Program-made: the position numbers and the translations under genes
Virus record (IMG/VR): IMGVR_UViG_2871871566_000003
Coordinates: 11,671-75,670 of that record
Length of the DNA: 64,000 nt
DNA from: a virus
Taxonomy: Duplodnaviria; Caudoviricetes
Reading direction: 5' to 3' (one strand)
Notes under the pieces: generated by a model
Databases searched by the model: none
What the model saw: only the letters and a program-made list of their open reading frames with translations
Told to the model about the DNA's origin: nothing
Shown here: piece after piece, positions 29,874-41,800 of the stretch
Layout of the letters: every line of letters starts with the position of its first letter
Position numbering within the stretch: the stretch's first letter is position 1

Positions 29874-32800
29874 TTATTCCAATCTATCCAGTTCATCCAC
29901 CGCATCCATCATGATCCTGTCAATATTCTGGTTAGCGAAGTTGATGCTCTCGGTATCAGAAGACTTATCTCTGAGCTTCTTCCATCGCTTCATCTGCTTC
30001 TCTGCCAGCTCGATGATTCTAACCTTGGCAGCCTCCTTGGAGTTTTGGAATTGATAATACTCACCTATATTCGTGATTCTCTTGTCAAGTGGAACGTTCT
30101 TCGATTTCAGTCGGTCTACGTTGGCCATGGTCTTCTCCATTTCGTCTTTATAGTTATACCACTTGCTCTTTGTTCGCTGCAAGCTGCTCTGCTCGCTAGG
30201 CGTATAAAGAAGGGAACGAAGGAAAGGAATGTCCTTGGTTTCAGTATCTTTACCGTTCTTTATTAAACCGCCAACTCGCTCAACGAATGTTGCAGCACCA
30301 CCAAAATAACTTCCGTAGAAGTGATGCAAGGCAGAAGGATTTGTAACCGCATCCAAGAAGTCATTGCCTTTCATATCCTCGTTGCCCGGCGCAACATCAT
30401 TTGTCAAGGCATTAACCTCCTTATTCCTATTAATCATCCACTCTGGCGTTCCCTTATATGCAAGCATCCATGATGGCTGATTCTCATCGAACTTATTTTC
30501 TCGCTGAATAGGAGCACCCTTCCAATCGCTATTATAAACCCACTCCAGGAAAGGAGAAGTTGCAGAAGGGGCTAACGCCTTGATGGTTTCCTGCCAAGGA
30601 TGCTTGCCAAATGAAGAGTTGCCAAGATAATCTGCTACTGGGACCAGCTGAGACATGCAGCCTACAGCGTCCATAAACGGATTCAGATACTTGTCAATAT
30701 CCTTATTCTCCGTAAGGTTCGGCATCTTCTGGCTTGAAATATTCTTCGAGAAAGTCATGCCGGCAGCAAAGTCACCCAAGCCATAGAAAGCTCTCTCCTC
30801 AATCGCAAGCGGAATAGTAACAAACTCTCCACCGCCAATATACACACAGAGGTTATTTCTTCTGATATAATCAGGCAGCTCGCCGTATGGGTCCTTCACG
30901 CCCTTTCTATCTTTCTCGTCCTCATTACTGATGATGAAGTTATTAAGAAGGGCCATGGCCATACCACTAATAAATGGAGCACTGGCAATATAGCCGATGG
31001 TTCCAACCTTGTTGTTCTTGAAGTTCTTAATCAGGAGATTAGTACTCTGAATACCGGCATTGAAGAACATGGAAGAATTTCTGAACCATGAAGCTGTGAA
31101 TCCATAGATATTCCTTCTTGCAGTCTTAAAAGACCCCATTTCTCCATTCTTGAAGGAGTAAACAGCATTACCAGAACCATGTCGGTTAAAGTTGGTAGAT
31201 ACTTTCTTCGCGTCATAAACAGAACGGATAATAGAACGGTTACTGTCTCGGCTAGCGCAATAGGTTGCGAAGCGAGCAAGATTCTCTGCAATTTCGTTTA
31301 CATTCTCCAAGTTTTTGAAGATAGCATTATAAAAGCCCTTTCCGACTTTTTGAACTCTGCTTCGTTCACCTTTAATGTGCATCTTGTATTCCTTGGTGAA
31401 GTCCTTCATGTTCTTGATTTGTACCCAACCGGTTTCGCCTCCGTTCTCCATGAACTCCTTGAAGTATCTATGTAATTTGTTGGTAGTATCAAGTGTACCA
31501 TTGCGATACTTGGCATAAAGACCGAAGCCGCCGGTATCTGCAAAGTCTTTCAACTTTGAATTTCTGATTCCCTCAATAATACCAACCTTTGCATAGTACT
31601 GTTCAAATCTCTTGGTATAAACAAGACCTTCATTTGCCAAGAGGTTAGTCGATGCATACTCAAAGTCCTTGATCATATTTCGCATCACGAACTCAGGATT
31701 GTATGAAGTACAGAGTTGAGCCATATTTCTTGAAATGCTAGCGGCTACTCGTCCTGCAAGTGTATCATTCTTATGCTCCAGCAATCCATTCAACGCCTGC
31801 GCTGCTCTAGGATTTCCGTTAATAATAAAAGAATGTGTCCTTCCGGCAATCTTCACATCTACGATATGCTGCGATTTGTTCTCTGCTCTTTGGAACTTAT
31901 ATCCGATACTGCCCCTGCGGTAAACCTTCGACGCCAAACCCTGTGCAGACTTCGCATTCATGTCCGTATTGAAGTCTGCAACTATCTGGTTGATTTCGTC
32001 TGGGGTAGCATCATCAGGAATATCTGGATAACGCTCATATACGATACCAGTCATAGGGTCCTTCTCGTACCATACGCTTACTTCGGTAATCAGATTATTG
32101 TTCGAGTTGTTTCTTGCGAATCTTGCAAACGCCATTTTGATGGCATTCATACCACTGTTCTTGATGGCTCTGTTGCCCATCGCACCAATCTGCGCCAGCA
32201 CGTTTGTCTCACTCAGATACTTGTGTCCTCTCGCTCTCATAATCGTGCTTCCGATGTAACTCTTCGGGTCGCCCTGCTCAGTAATGTAGCCGTAGGTATC
32301 TTCTGCAGTAGCCTCATCATACTTTCTCAAAGGCACATACCAGTTGAACATATTCGATACATGGCCGTGCAATTCCTTACTGATGATACCATTCTTGTAA
32401 TCGCTGTCAATAGAATACTGGGTAGCAGCCTTCACCTTTTCCCAATAGTCCTTCACAGCTCCCTTCTTGATGCTCTCCATCTTCGCTTCCGAATCCATCA
32501 CGCTCTGAATAGCCTCGGCATCATTGTAAGGGTCAGAAGATTTCGCCACCTCCTGAATAGCGTGCATACCCGAATAGTCGTGCTCGCCAGCATCGAAGTC
32601 TGCATCAAAGTGATTTCTGATACTCTCATCCAACTGTCTGTAGTACTCCTTCAGGTCGATGTTGCCAGCCTTCAACTCGTTATCAAGATACTCCTTATCG
32701 CTATAATAACTGTTTTCCAAGAAGTCAGCATCCTGCTTCTTCTGCTCGTCCATCCTCATCTTCTTCAGGAAGTCACGAACAAAGAACACTCTGTTTCGCT

Positions 32801-35800
32801 CCAAACCATGCTTGGTAATCATGTAGAGATTGAAGTTTCTGATCTTCTCATCATCCTTCTTGCCATCGAAAGCATCCAGTACGCCGGCCATGGCCTTATC
32901 AAGAGGCTTCATTACATTGCGCTCAAACATCTGAGCCGCATCACTCATCGCGCCCTGCATGGTGTTCTGCAACATATAAGGATTCTCCGAAGAAGCAATA
33001 TCCTCAATCTTCTTGTCAGGCACAATCGCATTCATCAGTTTCTTCAACGAAAGCATATTGTCCATATAGCTCTCGGTAAACATATAGCCATGCTCGTCAA
33101 GTGAACGATGGTATCTGTCAAGTGCCGTGCCGGCAGATGGGGTAGTACGGAAGTGAATCTCACCATCTGTAACCTCATTCCACTCAGCCTTGGTAAGATT
33201 ATCCATACTTCTAACCTTTCCGTCATTTCCGTAGAACATGCCATCGTGCGCCACGACAGCAGGCATACGCTCATGGTCGAGACGGTATTTCACCGCCTCG
33301 GCTCTAAGTTTCCAATAAGGATCATTTGGATTCTTCTGCAAGTTCTTGCTCAACCAGAGCAGATACTTCACATCTTTAGTATTAGGAGCAACACGATAAC
33401 CGATTTCATGAAGGAAATCAGATACCTTGTTTTTGATACCATTCCAGAAGCCAGCTTCACCCTTGCCATCCTCGGCGAGTCGCGCGATACCTTCCTCAAT
33501 AGCATCATAGATATTCAGAGGATTGAACTTTCTCTCCTCATCCACCAGCTTCTTCAAAGCCGCATTCTCAGGCTTATCCAAGTCGTACCACACTTCACGA
33601 AGGAACTTATCGAATCGTTCATCACCAAACAACTCTCTCATTCCCTTGTGTCCAACTACCTCATGCCAGATAGTCTTCTCGGCAGTATATCTGTCGTGGA
33701 TATTAGGCATATAAAGATGCACCTCGCCAGTCTTCTCATCATACCAGCCAGTAATCTTTCTGCCTTCCTCAATAGCAGCCTTCGCCGCCTTGTTGGTGAT
33801 TTCATCAACCGATGAAACCATGTTCACCTTTGCGCCAGTCTTCTGAGCCACCTTTTCTACATGGTTTTCAACCGATGAAGTAGGGTAGTTGCCATCGCCG
33901 TGGTCCGTGCGGAACTTAGTGCCACCGTCTTTGCCCCATTCCTTGAAGGCATCCTTTGTCATTTTCACGTTGACGAACTTAGCCTGAGGGAACTCCTGTT
34001 CCAGTTCAGCCATCTGCTTCAAGAACTTCTCCTTTGTTTCAGGGTTCTGTCTGCCTTGCTCTACGGTAGTGATAGGCACACCAAGTTTTACTAACTCTCT
34101 CAACTGGTTAGGGGTAACTACGTTCCAAGGGATAGCCAATCCTGTTCCTCTCAGTTGGTCGGCGATTTTCTCAGCAACCTCCTCGTCAGGCAATATTCTT
34201 ACTGCCTTTCTCCATCTAGAGAGCATCACGCTTCTCTGTCTGTCCTTTGGCAGAAGGCTGTTGACTGTTCCAGAAGTCCAAGGCACCAAGCCCACAGAGT
34301 TCTTTGCGCCCTCGGCGTGATAGCTGCTAGTCTTCTCGCTCTCAGGAATCTCCCATTCAACAACCTTGATGTTGCCTCTGGCGTAAGCACCAGAGAACTG
34401 GTCGTTCATCACCGAAGTGGAAGTGTGCATGTAAGGGTTATAAGCCGCTGGCACTGGTCCTTCACCTGCCCCAGGGTTCTTATCGGTCTTCACAAGTTGG
34501 AACTTGCCGTTCTTCACAAGGTCCGGCCGCTCGTCTGCGCCCATCCAAGCACCAATCTCGGTAGCATCGGTACGCTTTCCGTCAATAATAGCAGCCATAG
34601 GAGAGTACAACTTTCCGTCCACCTCCTGCATACCGCTATACATTCTGAAAGTCTTTTCCTTGTTGAGGCGGTCCAACTCGTCCTTGTCTGTAACCTTATA
34701 GGCAAATCCGTCCTGCTCAATATCATTCATGGAAATATCATCAATGGTTTCATTGAAATCATCCATGATGTCGTTGATAGCCTTATCCATCTTATCCTTC
34801 TCAGAAACCTCAAAGAGCTTCTTCCAAGCATCCTTCAAGCGTTGCAGGATAGAACGGTCGCCCTTTCTTGCAAACTCATGTGCTGCATTCACAACTTTAT
34901 CCCAGATAGACAGGCCCATCGCCTTTCTCTGTCTAGAATCTGCCATCTGAGCAGTCAGCTCGTAAGCATCAGACAGACCGTAAGGCTCTTCTTTGAAGCG
35001 TTCCTTATCGTCCTTTACCTTGTCGTAGATTTCGAGGATGGTCTTTACGCCCTCTATCTGCTTAGGAGTCAGCATGCCCTCAGCCTTGCCTTTCTTAACG
35101 AGATTGATAGCACCCATTGTTACCTCATGAATCATTTCATGCAGCATAATAGTAGGGGCAGCGTAGTCTGGAGCCTTGGTCTTTGTCAGGCCATCAATAT
35201 ACAAATCAATGTTCCTGTAGGTGTCTGCTTCTCCTGATCTCTTCTTCGGACTCTCGGCACTTACCTTGATGTTAACACCAAGACGTTTGTTTATATCGAG
35301 AACTCTTTGGAAGAGTTTAGCCTTTCCTTTATCTCTATTTGTTTCTTTAAAAATTCGTTCAACGGCTCCAAGTGTGAACGCTCCTCCTGGCTGCAATCCC
35401 CAAGTCTCTCTGAGATTCTTTGCTCTAGCGTCTCTATAGGCAAGTTCTCTGTCAGCGACGGCGAGAACGGTCTTATAATATTGCAGTAGATAAGAGCCTT
35501 TATTTCCCTTACCGTCGTTCTTACTACCAAGATGTCGTCCGGTATGCTGTCCTGATAACTTTTCAACTTTTCTTTCATAATCATTCTTGAAATATTCTAT
35601 AGTACTTCTGCCATAATCAGAAAAATCATCCAAGGCAGAGCTTACATCATTAATAATTCCAGACTTATCTCTGTCTTCTGCATGCTCTACAATGTCTTCA
35701 ATGGCAGAATCAAACTTCTTTTCAATCTGCGAAGATACGTTTTTATCTACATCTTCGGGAATGATTCTACCTTTCTTAACATCTTTTGTATCTGTTTTAG

Positions 35801-38800
35801 AATACTGCAAGCCTCGGTCCTCACGGAAGTGGGTACCTTCATCCTGAGAAGTATTGCGCTCCTCCTGTACCTTCACACCCATCTTAGACAGGCGGTCCAG
35901 TACTGGCTTCAACTGCTCAGGCTTAAACTCAGCAAGCATATTGTTGCCTCTGGTTTCGAAGTTATTGCCATTAACCAGTTTCAGCAAATCTTCATCCATG
36001 AAGTACTTGCCGCCCTTTGCCTTGCTCTTTGGCACACGAAGTTCGAAGTAGTAGCCACGATTGTTGTCTATGCGTTTCACCTTTACTTCACCATCCGATG
36101 AAGTAACCTCGTCAATACCGCCGTGCCATGATGAAAGTTCAAACTTATCTACCACGCTGTTGATAGGTGCATCCGTAGTCAAGCCCTTAGGGTCGAATCT
36201 ATCTGGCATCAAGATACCAGTCTTCACCTCGCCAGTATCAGTTGTATATTTCACCAACTGACCGCCCAAGCCCTGATCCTTGCTGTCAACCAAAGCCTGC
36301 ATCAGATTACCAGTTACAATATAGCCATTCTTGCGGCTCTCATTGCTAGTCAGTCTATCCCAGTTATCAAAGTTTTGGTTCAATACTCTGAGATGGCTGT
36401 CTCCCATACCGGCAGCCTGCTTGGTCATGCGATCGATAGAACCGATAATATCCACCTTGTTTTCACCAGAACCCACCTTGCCGGCAATAGGGAAAGTAAT
36501 CTTTCTTCTGCCATCCAAGGTGGCAAAAGATACAGAAGAGGCGTTAGGCGAGAAGTTATCCGTAATCTTAATATCAATGAGTCTTCCGTAACTGTTACCG
36601 AATCCGCTCAGTTCATTTGGATTGTTCATATCTGCAGGCAGAACGAAAGCGCTGTTAGTATCGAAGGTATCAAGCACACGCTCAAACATTTCAGCCTTAG
36701 CTTTCAGATTCTTCACCACATCGTTCAGCTTATCTTTCTCCTGCTTGTAGATGTTGTCATACTGATAGCCAGCCATCTTCTCAATCTGCTCATCGCTCAT
36801 GCCCGAATCCTTCTGACCCTTCTTGCCATCTTTGATATACTTCTCCTTAGCCTTGGTTGCAGCCTTCACGGAACGATCCTCATACTTCTGAGTCTCGTCA
36901 GCAATCTTCTGGTCGAAGTACTCTTTCACGGCAGTCTTCTTCTCGGTCTTGTATTCATCCCAAGTCTTGCCGCCAGTCAAACCATTCTGCGAAGCCTTCA
37001 CCTCAGAAGCCTTCATTGGCTTCTTCAAGATGGCCATGTTCACCTTTTCTATATAGGTGTTGTCGGCAAAGGCATTATCGCCGCCCGGCTCTGCACCCTG
37101 CTTCCAAACTTCCTTGTGGAGAGTCTTAGCCTTCAAAGGCAGCTCGGTAATCTCAAGGTCATTCTCACCCATTTCGTTGAGTCGCTGAATCTCGTTGGCA
37201 TAAAGCTCGCCAATCTCCTGCAACATCTTCTCCTGTTCAGAAACTCTCAGCAGAGCCATACGCCCAAGCAACTTGCTTGCATCGGCACCAGCTTCTTTTC
37301 CACCAAGCTTTCCTCCAGAAGTAACAATGAGTCTCTGAGGGTCAATAGTAGATAAATCTTCACCGAAAGAGCCTTCCCATCCGAATGGGTCTGCCATGCG
37401 AGCATAAAGGTCAAGATGTTCTGCCATGTATTCTCTGACAACCTTATCACCATACTTGTTGATAATATCAGAAACCTCCATGTCGTTGAACTTACTCTTC
37501 TGAGAAGAAGTTGTGTTGGCATCAAGTGACTTCAATTTAGCCTTAAACATCATCAGCAATCGCTGCTCAGATGGAATTTGAGAAACAATATACTCATATC
37601 TACCACGGTTAACCTGTCCTGTTCGATCAATACGACCACGCATCTGTACTTCCTCGTTCACATCTGGTTGTTGCTGAACAACAATCATAGTACGTGGCTT
37701 GTGCTCTACATCGTACTCCACAGAGTCATGCAACGAAATACCTGTAGAAGCACTTCGGTTAAGAATTAAGGCATCAAGCTTGTTGGTATTAAAATCAAGG
37801 GCAAGCTTCTTTTTGTCCGTATTAGTACGTTTAACTTTTGATACGGTTCCATTTTGATTCTTAACAAACATAGTTTGTCTTCCAGTTAACTCTCCTACAC
37901 GATAACCAGCTGCTTCGAGTTCGTCACGAACAACATCAATAGGAGAGAGTGAAAGACCTGTTGAGGCATTCTTTATATTATCCTCAATTTCATGATAACG
38001 AGCAACAGCATCAGGACCTAAATCTTCAAGATTAAAAGTGCCGAATGTCTTATTACCCATATCGTCTGTTTGATCATAGCGAAGGACGCCCTGCAATCCC
38101 TTCATCAAGACAACGCCCAAGTCTGGTGCTTCCATTTCTGCATTAGCCTCATACTGTTCCGTCTGGCTTTCATTTGTATTATTAAGGGCGATAACCACCT
38201 TTTCTCCATTCTTTAAATGCTCGATGGCACTTTTAGCTGCTTCTCTTGCTTTCAAAGATAGAAGTACCTGCTGAACCATATTATAGGTTCTGCTTGCAAA
38301 TGGCTGGTTATGAATACCAAGGTCTTTTGTTCCTTGTCTGTTTTTGATGGATGCTTGGATAGCAGCAAGTTCATCATTGCGCTTATCAAGATAAGCACCT
38401 ACGTAAGTTCTTTGGAAATTGATAATATCATTAAACAATCCGATGATACTATCATACTGTTCTCGCTGTTCTTCAACAACAACAGGATCGTCTATCGTTT
38501 TCCAGTCAATAGTCACGCCAGTCATATCTCGCTCACGGCGAATAAACTGACCGCTGGCAGTAAGTGCTTGCGACATGACTTCCTGCAAAGTAGCTCCACC
38601 ACGCTTGATGGCATCAATGAGTTCGGATGGTTTCATTCCTGCCTGGTTCATAGAGGTGCGCAAAGCGTAGATAGGCATATTGTCTGGTCGCTTTGCATAG
38701 GTTGCTGATAGGAAAGTGATAGCGTTGAGCTTTGGAACAACATATTGCAAATAAGCGGAACCACTACCTTGACCTCCTGCCTTGTGGCTCTCATCCATGA

Positions 38801-41800
38801 TAACGTTGGCATTCTTTGCTATAGCTTCCAAAACATCACGTTTTCTTTGTCCGTTCTTTGAACCTTTACCATTCTTTCTTACCGTTTTCTTTCCATCCTC
38901 ATAATCCATAGTTCCACTAGAGAAACTATCATACGTAGTAACGATATAGTCATATCCGTCTGGTAACTTACCATTCTTTTGAAGATAATCCATCACTCGC
39001 TCCTGCTCTTTGTCAGAAGATAATTGATAGACTAACTTGCCTTCCGAGTCTGTCATGTCGGCAGAGTGTTCCTTGTCCTTTGCAGCCCAAATAAAAGGAC
39101 GCAAGTCAGAATTACCAATACTCTTCAAATCTCTGTACATATCGCTAAATAGAGCCTTCTTGGCTGTGATAAATACAGGAATCTTACCTTGCTTATAGGC
39201 AAAGCGAATCATGGCAGCAGCCTGTCTTCCCTTACCGATACCAGTCATGTCACCGATAATGAAAGCATTTCCTTGCTTAGCTTGATGGATTGCAAGTGCA
39301 ACGGAATCTGCTTGCTCGGATGCAAGTGCATGGTGCATATCGTCTGCATCGTTATAGCCAAGTTCATCAACCAAGAAGCTATCAACATCGCCAATCTTCT
39401 CCAAGGCTTTCTTTGTCGCTCTGGCTTGGTCGGCAGGAATAACCGAGTTGAGACTGAAAGGGTTGTTGCTTTGAGGAACGTATTTCACCTTTTCGGTACT
39501 CAACTCACGCTTAGGTGATTCTTCTTTTTTTACTCCCAGTCCATTTCCCTCTCGTGTGGGAACAGTCCGCTGAACGCTGCTGCTGGAACGTCCTTGTCCT
39601 CCTTGTTGCTTTCTATCTCCTCCTGTTCCTCTTTCGTTGCTGGTCTCATTGGCATTCCTAGCAACTGAGCCTTCAGGTACTCGCCCTCCGTTGTCCAGTC
39701 TAGAACTTGCTGAGCCAGTTCCTCTATCTGCTCCAAAGTCGGAATCTCTTCCGCTTTCCAGTTCGGCGTTATCTCCCATGTGTTCAGATGGAGTTCGTTC
39801 AGTTTCTCCCATAGGTCGCTCATCACTTCCTCCGGTTCCCAAATCTGATATGAATCCATCAGGTCCAGAGCCATGCTCCTTGTTATTTGTGACTCCGTTA
39901 CCACCTCGCTCTTTTTGTCTGAGACTATCCCCGGAAACGTCAGAAACACGTTCTCTGTTGGAAAGTCCCAAGGGTTCTTTCTGCACCCCTCGTTTACGTA
40001 ATATGTCATCTTCAATTCGTTTATAAAGTTCGTCATAATCTTTCACGGCTTCCGCTCTAGCATCCTTATCAACTGGTGGGAACACCTTGTGCTCAGGATC
40101 GTAATTGCGTCTTCCGTTTATTAATATAATACGTGTAGGATAGCTGGTTCCCTGCTTTGCATAGAGACTACCATCCACATTAATCACGTCCTCCACATTA
40201 TAGTGGCTATAGAGATAACCAAGGAAAGCCTTATCCTTCGGATTCAGACTTCCGTTCTTGGCGTATTCCGTCTTGCCGCCAATAATAATAGCAGCACGAC
40301 CATCGTCCTTCATGCTCTCCAAAGCATTGATAGCCATCTGTCCTTCCAAAGAAGAAATCTTGTAGCCGTCATACTCCTTAGGGGTAGCACTACCGAATGG
40401 TGGGTTTGTTACCACCACGTCAACGTCCTTGTCTGCAAAAGGCTGGGTTCCATCCTGACTGGTCACGTTCTTGAAGCCCTGTCTTCTCAGGTTCGCCAAT
40501 CGCTGGGCATCAATATCGTTCACATGTACCTTATCCATTGGCAGACCGATGGTAAGCATACCGTTGCCGGCACTTGGCTCCAGAGCACTCTCAATCACCT
40601 TACCATTGCCCTTCACATACATGTCTGCAAGGAAGGCGTAAGGGGCAGGGGTAGAGTACTGCTGTTTCATCACTCGCTCAGAATCTCTCTGGTTGAGGCT
40701 AGGCTGATTCTCATAGAGTGTCTTGATGCGTTCAAACTTCACAGCATCGTTGGTTGATTCAGAAGAAGCGATACCTCTTGCTCGCTTAACAATAGCTGTT
40801 TCAGCAAGCTCCTGAAGGTCTGTGTCCTTAATATCCTTCAAACCAACTCTCTCAGCTATCTTTCTCAGCTCAACAATACCGTTAAACTTATGTTTGAAGC
40901 CCAACTGCAGGTTCACAACATCAATAAACCTCTTCTCAGCCATCTTTCTTTCCTCGGCAGTCTTGGAGTCGCCCACCAGATTCTCCTGATGCTTAGGCGA
41001 AGTCTTCTCGTAGTAGTCAGCCCAATCCTTCAAGCTCATGCGCTGCTCGCCATCGCGATAGCGGATATTCATCATCTGCTCATAGATAGCATCCACGTCT
41101 TCCTTCTTAAAGAGCTTGGCAGCAGGGGCAAACTCCTTGCGCATTTCCTTCACCACGTCTTCAAGATTGTGCATACCTCTCTTGATTCTCAGATAAGCAT
41201 TTTCGGCCATGGCGCTCACCAGCTTAGGCAATACTTCCAGCTGTCTAGAGTTAAGACCAACAAACGAAGCAGAAATTTCATCCTTGCCGGCATTCTTGAG
41301 CATATCCCAAAGGTCATTAACCTTCTTGTTGGAAGCTGCTACTGCTGCATCGTCAGCCTTCTGCTGAGGCTTCTTCTCTGTCTCAGCCTTAGTTTTCTTC
41401 TCCTTTCCAAAAGCTTCTGCTGCATTCTTGATTCCCTCCATAGGGTCAGCAGATGGTTCCTTTTTTGGAGCCTCAACCTTTGGTTCAGTCTTCTGCCCTC
41501 TAGTCTTGGCAAAGATGCTTTCATAGATAGCACGATGCAAATCATCTGTCACCTCACCGTTCAGATAATCAAGAGCCATATCCTTGGACAAATCATCCAC
41601 GTCTGCCTCCTTGATCTCATCCTCAGTCAGAGGATGCTCCTTCTTGAATTCCTGGGCGGCCGCCGCAATCGGGTCAAAAGTAGGGTCTGGGTTCTCTTCT
41701 TTAGGAAGGAGTGGGAGAGGTTTTTCTTTTACCTTACCGTCAACATATTCGACAACCTCATTCAGGTCACCATACTTCTTGCCATCATACTCGTAGTATG

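Noticed and set aside
31773-33104. Long + strand ORFs opposite the giant gene (e.g. 443, 360, 326, 303, 297 aa) and opposite the portal, terminase and capsid genes
   Set aside because: Antisense shadows of codon-biased genes; L/I/V/H-rich non-protein-like composition and no start context.
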